Below are positions 47,317 to 57,082 of a stretch of DNA of 64,000 nucleotides, piece after piece. Location: positions 45,022 through 109,021 of the forward strand of contig JBEHYO010000001.1 of the NCBI GenBank assembly GCA_048498135.1, read 5' to 3'. Source of the DNA: Pseudomonadota bacterium (GTDB taxonomy: Bacteria; Pseudomonadota; Gammaproteobacteria; Xanthomonadales; Rhodanobacteraceae). Within the stretch, counting starts at the first letter, position 1. Each line of letters opens with the position of its first letter. The notes beneath the pieces were generated by a model that worked only from the letters and a program-made list of their open reading frames with translations, did no database searches and was not told where the DNA came from. A program made the translations under genes and the position numbers.

Positions 47317-50300
47317 TCAGCGCAACCCGCGCGCTGCGGGCTTCGCGGTCGCGTCGGGCGGCGGTTGCGGCGTCGTGTCGGCCGGGCCCGGCGCCACCGG
47401 CGCGGTGTGCGGCGCCTCCTTCGAAACGAGCGTGATTTCGGGCTTCTCCCAGCTTCCCGTCACCTTGTAGCGCGAGCCGGTGGCCTTGCCCATCGACTTG
47501 CCGAGCACGCCCTGCAGCACGAGGCCGGCCGCGGCGCCGACCGGGCCGGCGGCGATCGCGCCGACGATCGGCAGCGTCGCGCTCGCGTGCGGCGAAACGA
47601 GCATTTCCTGGTCGTAGTCCTTGGCGCGAAGCCCGGTGCGGCCGCTGACCGCGATGTCGGCGGCCGGGCTCTTGATGATGAGGTTCGAGGTGTACGCGTT
47701 GCCCTTGTCGAGGCCGAACGTGCCGGTGATCGAGTTGAAGCCGAGGCCCGACTTGAAGAAATCGCTGAAGTCGAGCGTCAGGCGCCGCGGAATCTCGCTG
47801 AGCGAAAGCAGCCCGAAGATGCGGCCGACGCCGGGCTTCGCTTCGAGGATGCGGCCCTCGGCCACTTTCAGCGTGATCGCGCCCGTCTGCAGCTTCGCCA
47901 TCGCGAACGACGACGGCGGCCCCGGCCAGATCGCGTCGATGTCGGCCGTCGTCTGCCCGCCGTCGATGATGCCGGGGTAGCCGAGCGCATCCATCATGCG
48001 GCCAAGGTTCTGCGCGTTGAGCTGGATGACGAGGTGCGAGGAATTGTCGCGCTCGGTGCCGGTCCAGTTGCCGGTCGCCGTCATCGTGACGTTCGGCGAC
48101 TGCGATTCGAGCTTGTCGACATGCATGCCGTCGGCGATCGGATGGCTCTCGAACTCGGCCTTGCCGAAGCTCGCCTTGCCGAGCATGAAATCGTTGATCG
48201 AAATGTGCAGCGGCGGCAGCGCGGCGGGCGCGATTTCGGGAATCGCGCTGTCGTCGTCGCCGGTTGCGTCGGGTGCCGCTTCGGGCCAATGGAAGCGGTC
48301 GAAGCGCGCCGTGACGCCCTGCCGGCGCAGATCCTGGCCCGGAATGCGCAGCACGCCCGAGATCGCAGCGCCGTCGATGCGCACCTCGGTGGCGCCGCCT
48401 TCGTCGCCGACGAGCAGGCGCGCCGGGCCGAAACTCTTCGCGCCGATCTGGAAGTCGTCGATGTGGAGATCGATGTCGTGCACGAGGCTTCCCGCGCTCG
48501 ACGCGTTGCCGCCCGATCCCGGCTGCATCAGATCGAGCCAGCCGCCGGCATCGAATGTCTTGACCGCGCCGCCGATCGCCGCGCCGCGCGGCGGGAGATC
48601 CGACGCCGACGCCGACGCCGCGCCGACCGCAACGCGCGCCGCGAACGGCGCCGTCGGCGACGGCAAGCGTCCCCGCGCGCTGGCGACATCGCCGAGCCTG
48701 GCGGAGAACGTCTGGCCGACGAACGGGAGATCGAGCGAAAGCTCGAACGGCTCGGCCGCGCCGGCCGGCTTGGCGAGCGGCGTCGGCAGATCGATCGCGA
48801 TGCCGCGCAGGTCGCTCGACAGCGTCAGCAGCTTGCGCCCACCGGTCGGGCCCGGCGCCGAATCGATCGTCAGCCTGGCCGTCCAGTCCGCATCGCCCGG
48901 AAAGTGCGCGAGTGCGGGGGCGAGATCGGGCACGTCCGCGAACACCGCCGTCGCCGGAAACCGGCCGCTGAGGCTTGCCTCGACCGCGTGCGCGGGATCG
49001 GCGACGAATCCGCCGACCGCCATCGACAGCAGCGCCGGCCGCTGCCGGAATCCGAGCGCGAGCGGGCCGGCCTCGAAGCCGGTCTGGTTGAAATGCACGG
49101 CGCCGCCGGCGTCGACGAAGTGGAGGTCGAACGCGGCATCGTCGAGGTTCGCCTGGCCGAGCTGCACGCGGCCGTCGAGCGCGAGCTTCGCCGCATCCTT
49201 GATCGGCAGGTTCAGCGTCATGTCGAATGTGCCCTTGCCGCCGATGGCGAGATCCTTCAGCGTGTCGTCGTAACGCCTGCCGATCGGCGTCGCGCGCAGG
49301 AAGCCGAGCAGGTTCGCGCCGGTGCCTTCGCCCTTCGCGGCGAGATCGAGCACCGGCTCGCCGAGGTTCGCGATCGAGGCGGTCGCGCCGTCTACGCGAA
49401 CGCCCTTGACGTCGGCCGATTGCAGGTCGACGAGCATCGAGTCGTCGATGAAGGTCGCGGTCGCCTCGATGTGCTCGGCGCGCGGCCACTCCTCGTTGTA
49501 GTCGAATGTCGTGTCGGCGATCTGGCCGCGCGCTTCGAAGCGGCCCGCGTTGTCGTGGAACGGCCAGCTGTCGAGATCGCCGCGGACGATGACGCGGCCG
49601 CCGTCGAGATGTCCCTCGACGATCGCGCGATCGAGGAACGCGACCGCCGCCGGCGGCATCACGTTCGTCGGCCAGAAGAGCTTGGCCGCGACGACGTCGG
49701 CGTGCGGGACGAGCGCATAGAGATCGAGCAGCGGTCGCGAGTGGTCGTCCTGGATCTCGGTGCCGCCGCGCAATTCGCCGCCGAAGCCCTGGCCCTGGAA
49801 CGTCAGGCGATCGGTCTCGATGCGCCACGCGCCGTCGGTGCGGTATGCGACGATGTCGCCGTCGAAGTCGGAAAAGAGAAACGGCTTGCGGAACACGTGC
49901 GGATAGTCGACGCGCAGCGCCTGCCGGGGAAGCACCAGCAGCAGCGCGCCGGCGTCGCCGTGCACGTCCGCGTCGAGCCGCTCGACGCCCGGCACGAAAC
50001 CGGCGCTCGAGAACGAGGCTCCGTGCAATGCCGCATCGACGTCGAAATCGTCCGTGCCGCTCCAGCGAAGATCGGCGCCGCCGAGCTCGCCGCGCGGATG
50101 GGCGAGATAGAGCCAGCGGCGCAATCCATCCGGAACGCCGGCGCCCAGCATCGCAAGGCTGCCGATCGGCTCGAGCGAAACGTTGGTCGCCTGCGCGCGG
50201 TAGCGCGCGTGATCCTCGGCGCCGCGGCGCTCGATCGTGAGCCCGGCGGGCGGCAGCGGCGCGCCGTCCTGCGTCACGACGAGATCGGCGACGTCGGCCG

Positions 50301-51237
50301 TCCAGCCGCCGTCGTCGCGCAGCCACCGCGCGACGAATGCGACGCGATCGAAGTGCGTGCGCGGCGCGACGGCGGAGCCTGCGTCGAGCGTGATCGCCTC
50401 GCGCGCCGCGAACGTCGCGTCGTGCAGGTCGACGCGCATGCGCACGGCCTCGGCGCGGGCGGCCTGCACGGCGATCCATATCTGCGCATCGCCGCGGCCG
50501 GCCAGGAGCTCGACGCCGCCGAACGGACGCTGCGCGGCGAAGCGCGCGAGATCGACGTCGCGCCCGCCGGCGTAGAGGATGCCGTTGCGGCGATTGAGAT
50601 CGAGATCGGCGATGAGGTCGACCGGCGTCGGATCGCCGGCGAGATTGCTGACCTTGCCGGCCAGATGCGTGGTCTGGCCCTGGTTGACGACGCGGATCTC
50701 CGACGCGCCGAGCGCGAGGTGCAGATCGTCCTTCGGATCGTCGATCGCGAGCTTGAGATCTTTCAGCACGAGAACGCCTAGCACGCCCATCGACAGTTCC
50801 TGCGGCGAGGACGATGGCGCCGCGCCGACGTCGATCCCGCGCAGGTGCCAGCCGCCGTCGTCGCCGCGCACGAGATCGACGTCGACGCCGACCATGCGGA
50901 ACTCGCTCCAGGCGAGGCCGCGCCGGAACGGCGCGTACACGCTGAGCGCGAGCTCCGCCTTGGGAATCTCGAGCGGGGCCGTGCCCTCGCTGTTGCCGAT
51001 GCGCACGTGCTCCAGCGCCAGCACCGGACCGCCGCCGACCCACGCGCCGGTCACGCCGCCGATCGTCACCGGCTGATGCAGGCGTTCCGAGAGCCAGGCT
51101 TCGATGCGCGCGGGATTGCGCACGAGCCATGGCATCGCGAGCTGCGTGAAGCCCATCAGCACGGCGAGCGCGATGATCGCCGTCGTGATCAGCGCAAACA
51201 GCGCGAGGCGCAGCCGGCGGAGCGTTCGCCGCAGCAT
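47317..51237 (-). CDS. yhdP: YhdP-family (TIGR02099/AsmA-like, DUF3971) envelope lipid-transport protein
   Basis: 1,306 aa. N-terminal TM anchor ([19 protein letters not shown]). Long beta-rich body. C-terminal AsmA2-type end ([17 protein letters not shown]). Conserved tldD-yhdP-rng neighbourhood. Confidence 0.85.
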   Translation of the reverse strand: MLRRTLRRLRLALFALITTAIIALAVLMGFTQLAMPWLVRNPARIEAWLSERLHQPVTIGGVTGAWVGGGPVLALEHVRIGNSEGTAPLEIPKAELALSVYAPFRRGLAWSEFRMVGVDVDLVRGDDGGWHLRGIDVGAAPSSSPQELSMGVLGVLVLKDLKLAIDDPKDDLHLALGASEIRVVNQGQTTHLAGKVSNLAGDPTPVDLIADLDLNRRNGILYAGGRDVDLARFAAQRPFGGVELLAGRGDAQIWIAVQAARAEAVRMRVDLHDATFAAREAITLDAGSAVAPRTHFDRVAFVARWLRDDGGWTADVADLVVTQDGAPLPPAGLTIERRGAEDHARYRAQATNVSLEPIGSLAMLGAGVPDGLRRWLYLAHPRGELGGADLRWSGTDDFDVDAALHGASFSSAGFVPGVERLDADVHGDAGALLLVLPRQALRVDYPHVFRKPFLFSDFDGDIVAYRTDGAWRIETDRLTFQGQGFGGELRGGTEIQDDHSRPLLDLYALVPHADVVAAKLFWPTNVMPPAAVAFLDRAIVEGHLDGGRVIVRGDLDSWPFHDNAGRFEARGQIADTTFDYNEEWPRAEHIEATATFIDDSMLVDLQSADVKGVRVDGATASIANLGEPVLDLAAKGEGTGANLLGFLRATPIGRRYDDTLKDLAIGGKGTFDMTLNLPIKDAAKLALDGRVQLGQANLDDAAFDLHFVDAGGAVHFNQTGFEAGPLALGFRQRPALLSMAVGGFVADPAHAVEASLSGRFPATAVFADVPDLAPALAHFPGDADWTARLTIDSAPGPTGGRKLLTLSSDLRGIAIDLPTPLAKPAGAAEPFELSLDLPFVGQTFSARLGDVASARGRLPSPTAPFAARVAVGAASASASDLPPRGAAIGGAVKTFDAGGWLDLMQPGSGGNASSAGSLVHDIDLHIDDFQIGAKSFGPARLLVGDEGGATEVRIDGAAISGVLRIPGQDLRRQGVTARFDRFHWPEAAPDATGDDDSAIPEIAPAALPPLHISINDFMLGKASFGKAEFESHPIADGMHVDKLESQSPNVTMTATGNWTGTERDNSSHLVIQLNAQNLGRMMDALGYPGIIDGGQTTADIDAIWPGPPSSFAMAKLQTGAITLKVAEGRILEAKPGVGRIFGLLSLSEIPRRLTLDFSDFFKSGLGFNSITGTFGLDKGNAYTSNLIIKSPAADIAVSGRTGLRAKDYDQEMLVSPHASATLPIVGAIAAGPVGAAAGLVLQGVLGKSMGKATGSRYKVTGSWEKPEITLVSKEAPHTAPVAPGPADTTPQPPPDATAKPAARGLR

Positions 51238-51300
51238 CGACGTCTATCTGCCCGGCCGCGCCGGCGGCGAACGGGACGGCGGCGCCTCCGACCCGCCGCC

Positions 51301-51379
51301 GTCATTCCCGCGAAAGCGGGAATCCATGTTGCTTGTCGTTGCGTTGAAAAAAATGGATGCCCGCTTTCGCGGGCATGAC
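51301..51379. repeat. MITE-like 79-bp palindromic intergenic element, copy C (yhdP|rng)
   Basis: GTCATTCCCGCGAAAGCGGGAATCCAT...ATGGATGCCCGCTTTCGCGGGCATGAC, between the yhdP start and the rng stop. Confidence 0.75.
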
Positions 51380-51400
51380 GGGGCAACAGGCGCCGGCGCG

Positions 51401-52876
51401 TCAGAGCAGCACGACATCGTACTGCTCCTGCGAATAGTGCTCCTCGGGCTGGAAGCGGATCGTCTTGCCGATGAACTCCTCGAGCTCGGCGACTGCCGCG
51501 CTCTCTTCTTCGAGGATCCGGTTGACGACCTTGGGCGCCGCCAGCACGAGGAGCTTCTGCGCCTCGAACTGGCGGACGGCGCGCGTGATCTCGCGAAAGA
51601 TCTCGTAGGTGACCGTCTCGGCGGTCTTGATGCTGCCGCGCCCGGTACACGCCGGGCACGGCTCGCAGAGCTGGCGCTCGAGGCTTTCGGTCGTGCGCTT
51701 GCGCGTCATTTCGACGAGGCCGAGCGGCGACATCTCGTAGACGGTCGCCTTCGCGTGGTCGCGCGCGAGCGATTTCTCGAGCTGGCGCAGCACCTGGCGC
51801 CGGTGCTCCTCGTCGACCATGTCGATGAAGTCGATGATGATGATGCCGCCGAGATTGCGCAGGCGAAGCTGCCGCGCGGCCGCCTGCGCGGCTTCGAGGT
51901 TGGTGCGGAACACGGTCTCCTCGAGGTTGCGCGTGCCGAGGAAGCCGCCGGTGTTGACGTCGATGGTGGTCATCGCTTCGGTCTGGTCGACGATCAGGTA
52001 ACCGCCCGACTTCAGCGGCACGTCCTTGCGCAGCGCGCGCTGGATCTCGTCCTCGACGCCGTAAAGATCGAAGATCGGCCGCTCGCCCGGATAATGTTCC
52101 ACGCGCTCGGCCAACTCCGGCATGAACTGCTGCACGAAGCCCTGCGCGCGCTCGAGCGTCTCGCGCGAATCGATGCGCACCTTCTCGATCGTCGGCCGCA
52201 TCAGGTCGCGGAGCGCGCGCAGCGGGAGGCTGAGATCATCATAGACGCGCATGCCGACGCGCGCCGTGGCGATGTTCTCCTGCACCTGCGTCCACAGCTT
52301 GCCGAGGTAGTCGATGTCCTCGGCGATCGCGTCGCGCGACTCGCCCTCGGCGTTCGTGCGCACGATGTAGCCGAAGCGCGTCTCGCCGACGAGCTCGGCG
52401 AGCAGCTCCTTGAGCCGCGTGCGCTCGACCTCGTCCTCGATGCGCACCGAGACGCCGAGCACTTTCGAGTACGGCAGCAGCACGAGATAGCGCGACGGAA
52501 TCGAAAGATGCGTCGTGAGGCGCGCGCCCTTGGTGCCGATCGGATCCTTGACGACCTGCACGACGATCTCCTGCCCGTCGCGCACCAGCTCGCCGATCGA
52601 CGGCATCGGCAGCGCCGCGTCGCCGTTCTCGGCGATCAGCGGCGAATGCAGGCGGATGATGTCCGACGCATGCAGGAACGCCGCGCGATCGAGCCCGATC
52701 TCGACGAATGCAGCCTGCATGCCCGGCATGACCCGGCTGACCTTGCCCTTGTAGATGTTGCCGACATAGCCGCGCCGCGTCGCCCGCTCGACGTGAACCT
52801 CCTGAAGCATGCCGTTCTCGACCAGCGCGACGCGGGTCTCGCGCGGGGTGACGTTGATCAGGATTTCTTCGGACAT
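51401..52876 (-). CDS. rng: Ribonuclease G
   Basis: S1 domain (NIYKGKVSRVMPGMQAAFVEIG) and RNase E/G catalytic core (IIDFIDM, TIDVNTGGF). Confidence 0.9.
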   Translation of the reverse strand: MSEEILINVTPRETRVALVENGMLQEVHVERATRRGYVGNIYKGKVSRVMPGMQAAFVEIGLDRAAFLHASDIIRLHSPLIAENGDAALPMPSIGELVRDGQEIVVQVVKDPIGTKGARLTTHLSIPSRYLVLLPYSKVLGVSVRIEDEVERTRLKELLAELVGETRFGYIVRTNAEGESRDAIAEDIDYLGKLWTQVQENIATARVGMRVYDDLSLPLRALRDLMRPTIEKVRIDSRETLERAQGFVQQFMPELAERVEHYPGERPIFDLYGVEDEIQRALRKDVPLKSGGYLIVDQTEAMTTIDVNTGGFLGTRNLEETVFRTNLEAAQAAARQLRLRNLGGIIIIDFIDMVDEEHRRQVLRQLEKSLARDHAKATVYEMSPLGLVEMTRKRTTESLERQLCEPCPACTGRGSIKTAETVTYEIFREITRAVRQFEAQKLLVLAAPKVVNRILEEESAAVAELEEFIGKTIRFQPEEHYSQEQYDVVLL

Positions 52877-53060
52877 GAAGGCACTTAACGCTGCGAGTTG
52901 AGGTCACTTATAGCTGCCGCGCGCGGCCATTGTCACCTGCCGTGCGGCCGGCTGCCGGCCGGCGGCTTGACCCAGGCGCTAAACTGCGGGCGTCGTCGCG
53001 TCGATCGGAACCCGATGGGCGCCGACCCGTCTGTCGTCAACCCGCTTTTCGTGAATCCGC

Positions 53061-55403
53061 TTGTCGTCCATCCGTCCGCCATCAAGCCGCCGCTACCGCT
53101 TCGCCGATATCGACATCGACCTCGGCTCGCGCGAAATCCTCCGTAACGGGCTTCGCGTCGACGCGGAAGCAAAAGTTTTCGATCTGATCGAGCTTCTGCT
53201 GCTCGCGCGCGGCCGCGCGCTGACGAAGACTGAACTCGTGAGTGCACTATGGGGCGGCCGGCCGGTCACCGATGCCGCGCTCTCGCAACAGCTGCGCAAG
53301 GCGCGGCGTGCGCTCGGCGACGACGGCGGTGCGCAACGGGTGATCCGGACCGTGCACGGGCGCGGGCTCGTCTGGGTCGCGGATGTTGCCGAAATCGAGG
53401 ATTCGGCCCAGACGCCCCAGGTTGCCGCGTCCGAGGCGTCGCCGGTCGCGCCGGCGCGCGCGAAGCCGCGGCGCTGGTTCCTCGCCGCATCGGCCGGCGC
53501 GCTGCTGCTCGTCGTCGGCATTCTCGCGATGCGCTTTCCGATCCGCGCCGCCATCGATCCGAGTGCGCCGGCGCGCATCGCCGTGCTGCTGGTGGCCGAC
53601 GAGACGGGCGACGCCGATCTCGCCTGGACCGGCGCGGGCCTCATGGGTCTCATGAGCAGCCTGATCGGCGAGTCCGGCGGTCTCGAAGTCGTCTCCGCGC
53701 AGAACGTGCAGGCGGCAGCGGGCTCGGCGCACGCGCCGGCTGCGATCGACCTCGGCGCGATGCGCTCGGCGCTCGGCGCGACGCATTTCGTCAGAAGCGC
53801 GTTGCGACGCGTCGGTCCGATCTACGAGCTCGATCTCGCGCTCGTTGCCGCGGGTGGCGCCGAGCGCCGCGAGCGTCTGCACGGCAGCGCGCCGGCGCCG
53901 CTCGCGGTCGACGCCGTGGCGCGCATCCGGCGCTGGCTCGACCTGACGCCGCTGCCCGACACGCGCGCGAGCGGCATCGCGAGCGCGTTCCTCGCCGAAG
54001 CGTATGCGCGCGGGCTCGATGCGCAACTGCACGGCGATCACGCCAGCGCGAAGAAATATTTCGAGATCTGCCTCGACCACGATCCCGGGCTCGCATGGCC
54101 GCGCCTCGGGCTCGCGATCTCGCAAGCCGCGAGCGGCGAGGACGCGAAGGCCGACGAGAACGCGACGAAAGTCCTCGCCGCCGCGCGCGAGCGCGGCGAT
54201 CGCGAGCTGCTGGTGCCGGCGCTGCGCCAGCGCGCGTCGGCCGCCTACCGCCGCGGCGATCTCGACGGCGCGCAGCGCTTCCTCGACGAAGCGCTGAGCC
54301 ACGTGTCCGCCGCGGACCAGCCGCTCGCGATGAGTGCGCTGCTCGTCGCATCGGCGTCGATCGAGGACGACCGCGGCGATTTCGCCAGGGCGCGCGCCCA
54401 CTTCGACGATGCGCTGACGCTCGCGCGCTCGACCGGCGATCGTCGCGGCGAAGCGAACGCGCTCGCCAATCTCGCCAGCATCGACAACGGCGCCGGCGAC
54501 GCGGCGGGTGCGGCCAGCCGGCTCCGCGATGCCCTCGACGCGGCGCGCGCGGCGGGCGATGCGTATCTCGAAGGCTCGATCCTCGGCAATCTCGGCGCGA
54601 CCGAAGCCAACCAGGGCCGTCTTCTCGATGCGGCCGCGCTGCTGAAGCAGGGTCTGGCGATCGCGCGCGAACGCAACGACACGCGGCTCGAAGCACTGAT
54701 CGGCACGCAGCTCGTCTGGGTGCTGGCGCCGTTCGGCCACGACAAATCGACGCGCGCGCTCGCCGAACGGGTCCTCGCGCTCGGCGACGCCGAGCACAAC
54801 ACGCACTGGCAGGCCGACGGCCACTGGGCGCTCGCGGCGCTCGACGCGCGCGAGCGCGACTGGACGAACGCATTCGCCGAATACGGCCGCGCACGTGCGG
54901 TCTACGCGGCCGAGGGCACGACGCGCAGCCTTGCGCCGCTGCTCGTCGAGCTCGTCGCGACGGCGAGCGATGCGGGCGACGCGGGCGTCGCGCGCGAAGG
55001 CGTCGCGGCATTTCGCGCCATCGCCGACGACGCGCCCGAATGGCGGCCATGGCTGCCGCTGCTCGACGCGCATCTGGCCAAACTCGGCGGCGATGCGGCC
55101 GGTGCCGCCGATGCGCTCGATCGTCTGCTCGACGCAAGCCCGCCGATCGCCGCGCCGATCGCCCAGGCCGCGCTGTTCCAGCTCGGCCACTGGCAGCTCG
55201 CGCTGGGCCGGCCCGATGCGCTGCTCGCGCGCGACGCCTGGCGGCCGTGGCTCGACCAGCAGCCGGATGCGATTGCTGATCGCATTTCGGCGCTGCATGC
55301 GACCGAGCAGACCGCGCTCGCCGACGCCGAGCAGCAGCGGCTCGATGCGCTGCGCGCTGCGCCCGAAATCGCGCTCGACCCGGCGACGCTCGCCGGCAAT
55401 TGA
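53061..55403 (+). CDS. Membrane-anchored winged-helix (OmpR/PhoB-type, ToxR/CadC-like) transcriptional regulator with a large TPR-like C-terminal domain
   Basis: N-terminus YRFADIDIDLGSREILRNGLRVDAEAKVFDLIELLLLARGRALTKTELVSALWGGR...RTVHGRGLVW, a trans_reg_C fold. One TM segment (WFLAASAGALLLVVGILAM). About 600 aa of Ala/Leu/Arg-rich helical repeats follow. TTG start; there is no ATG near the 5' end. Confidence 0.7.
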   Translation: MSSIRPPSSRRYRFADIDIDLGSREILRNGLRVDAEAKVFDLIELLLLARGRALTKTELVSALWGGRPVTDAALSQQLRKARRALGDDGGAQRVIRTVHGRGLVWVADVAEIEDSAQTPQVAASEASPVAPARAKPRRWFLAASAGALLLVVGILAMRFPIRAAIDPSAPARIAVLLVADETGDADLAWTGAGLMGLMSSLIGESGGLEVVSAQNVQAAAGSAHAPAAIDLGAMRSALGATHFVRSALRRVGPIYELDLALVAAGGAERRERLHGSAPAPLAVDAVARIRRWLDLTPLPDTRASGIASAFLAEAYARGLDAQLHGDHASAKKYFEICLDHDPGLAWPRLGLAISQAASGEDAKADENATKVLAAARERGDRELLVPALRQRASAAYRRGDLDGAQRFLDEALSHVSAADQPLAMSALLVASASIEDDRGDFARARAHFDDALTLARSTGDRRGEANALANLASIDNGAGDAAGAASRLRDALDAARAAGDAYLEGSILGNLGATEANQGRLLDAAALLKQGLAIARERNDTRLEALIGTQLVWVLAPFGHDKSTRALAERVLALGDAEHNTHWQADGHWALAALDARERDWTNAFAEYGRARAVYAAEGTTRSLAPLLVELVATASDAGDAGVAREGVAAFRAIADDAPEWRPWLPLLDAHLAKLGGDAAGAADALDRLLDASPPIAAPIAQAALFQLGHWQLALGRPDALLARDAWRPWLDQQPDAIADRISALHATEQTALADAEQQRLDALRAAPEIALDPATLAGN

Positions 55404-55404
55404 C

Positions 55405-55974
55405 CTACGCGCGCACGCCGAAGCGTCGGAGCAGCTGCGCCGTTTCGTGCAGCGGCAGCCCCATCACGCCCGAGTGGCTGCCGTCCAGACGCGCGACGAA
55501 TGCGGCGGCGCGGCCCTGGATCGCGTACGCGCCGGCCTTGCCGAACGCTTCGCCGCTCGCGACATACGCGGCGATATCGTCCTCGCCGAGCGGCATGAAG
55601 TCGACGCGCGTGTCGCTGGTCGCATGCTCCTCGCGCGAGGCGCTGACGCACCACACCGTCGAGATCGCGCGATGCGCGCGGCCCGACAGCAGGCGCAGCA
55701 TGCGCGCCGCATCGGCGGCATCCGCAGGCTTGCCGAACACGGCGTCGCCGAGCACGACTTCGGTGTCGGCGCCGATCACGATCGCGTCCGGCACCGCGAC
55801 CACCTGCATCAAGCCGGCCGCGGCCTTCTCGCGCGCGACGCGGCTGACGTAGTCCTCCGGCGGCTCGCCGGGCGCGCGTTCCTCGGGCACGTCGACGTCG
55901 AGGATCGAGAAGTCGACGCCGAGCTGGCGCAGGAGCTCGCGGCGTCGCGGCGATTGCGAAGCGAGAAAGATCAT
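55405..55974 (-). CDS. maf: Maf-family nucleoside triphosphate pyrophosphatase
   Basis: MIFLASQSPRRRELLRQLGVDF..., GADTEVVLGD and GAYAIQG. The internal ATG at 55974 is preferred over the ORF start at 56013, which lies inside a hairpin. Confidence 0.85.
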   Translation of the reverse strand: MIFLASQSPRRRELLRQLGVDFSILDVDVPEERAPGEPPEDYVSRVAREKAAAGLMQVVAVPDAIVIGADTEVVLGDAVFGKPADAADAARMLRLLSGRAHRAISTVWCVSASREEHATSDTRVDFMPLGEDDIAAYVASGEAFGKAGAYAIQGRAAAFVARLDGSHSGVMGLPLHETAQLLRRFGVRA

Positions 55975-56088
55975 CGCCGCGACCCGCCGAAAAGCCTGAA
56001 CCGCGAAGAACACGAAAAAGCGATCGTGAGCGCTTTTTCTTCGCGCTTTCTTTCTTCGTGTCCTTCGTGTTCTTCGTGGTTCAATCTT

Positions 56089-56559
56089 TCACGCCCGATG
56101 GTACGGATGCCCTGCCAGCATCGTCGCCGCGCGATAAAGTTGCTCGGCGACGACGAGCCTGACGAGCATGTGCGGCAACGTCAGCGGTCCCAGCGACCAC
56201 CGCTGCTGCGCCGAGGCAAGGATTTCGGATGCATGTCCATCCGGGCCGCCGATCAGGAACGCAAGATCGCGTCCTTCCATGCGCCAGCGCCTGAGCTCGG
56301 CGGCGAGCTGTTCGCTCGACCAGCCAGCGCCGCCGCCGTCGAGTGCGACGACATGGGCATCCTTCTGCAGGGCCGCGCGAACGGCGGCGCCTTCGTCGGC
56401 GATCGCGCGTGCCGGATCGCGGCCCTTGCCGCGCACGCCGGCCTTGATCTCGACGAGTTCGAGCGGCAGCTCGTGCGACAGGCGCTTCCTGTACTCGGCG
56501 AATCCGTCGGCGACCCAGGCCGGCATGCGCTCGCCGACGGCGATCAGCCGCGCGCGCAT
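56089..56559 (-). CDS. rlmH: 23S rRNA (pseudouridine1915-N3)-methyltransferase RlmH
   Basis: MRARLIAVGERMPAWVADGFAEYRKRL...FLIGGPDGH...LPHMLVRLVVAEQLYRA. Internal ATG of ORF 56089..56742. Confidence 0.9.
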   Translation of the reverse strand: MRARLIAVGERMPAWVADGFAEYRKRLSHELPLELVEIKAGVRGKGRDPARAIADEGAAVRAALQKDAHVVALDGGGAGWSSEQLAAELRRWRMEGRDLAFLIGGPDGHASEILASAQQRWSLGPLTLPHMLVRLVVAEQLYRAATMLAGHPYHRA

Positions 56560-56572
56560 GCCGGTACCGGGC

Positions 56573-57082
56573 TTAGCCTGCGAGCGCCGTCGGCATGTCG
56601 TCGCCGACGGTCCACAGCCGCTCGAGGCCGTAGAACTCGCGCGTGCGCGGCAGCATGACGTGGACGACGATGTCGCCGAGGTCGACGAGCACCCATTCGG
56701 CTTCGCGCTGGCCTTCGACGCCGATCGGCGGAAGTCCGGCATGCTTGGCCTTCTTGACGACCTCGTCGGCGATCGATTTCACGTGCCGCGACGAGGTGCC
56801 GCTCGCGACGACGAGAAGATCGGTTACCGAGCTCTTGTCGCGTACGTCGATCTCGCGCACGTCGCGCGCCTTCAGATCGTCCAGCGCGGTCAGCACGAGC
56901 GATCGGAGCCGATCGGCGGGCGTCGGGACCGCGGGCGTTTTCTTTCGGGTTCGGGGGGCTTTCAGCGCCTTGGCCGGCGCCGCTTTGGGCTTTCCGGGTT
57001 TGGCGGCGGTCTTGCGGGCACCGGGGGTTTTGCGGGCGGGGGTTCCGGCCTTGGGCCGGGGACGCTTTGCCGACGTAGCCAA
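56573..57082 (-). CDS. rsfS: Ribosome silencing factor RsfS with a ~55-aa Lys/Ala/Pro-rich N-terminal extension
   Basis: The core (LRSLVLTALDDLKARDVREIDVRDKSSVTDLLVVASGTSSRHVKSIADEVV...WVLVDLGDIVVHVM...YGLERLW) aligns with E. coli RsfS from residue ~6. The only start upstream of the core is TTG 57082, with AGAGG about 10 nt upstream. That start gives ATSAKRPRPKAGTPARKTPGARKTAAKPGKPKAAPAKALKAPRTRKK... Confidence 0.8.
   Translation of the reverse strand: MATSAKRPRPKAGTPARKTPGARKTAAKPGKPKAAPAKALKAPRTRKKTPAVPTPADRLRSLVLTALDDLKARDVREIDVRDKSSVTDLLVVASGTSSRHVKSIADEVVKKAKHAGLPPIGVEGQREAEWVLVDLGDIVVHVMLPRTREFYGLERLWTVGDDMPTALAG

Noticed and set aside
47237-51130. Alternative same-strand 1,297-aa frame overlapping yhdP.
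   Set aside because: Its translation is an Arg/Ala/Pro/Gly-rich low-complexity string. The 47317..51237 frame gives the TM anchor and the conserved YhdP C-terminus.
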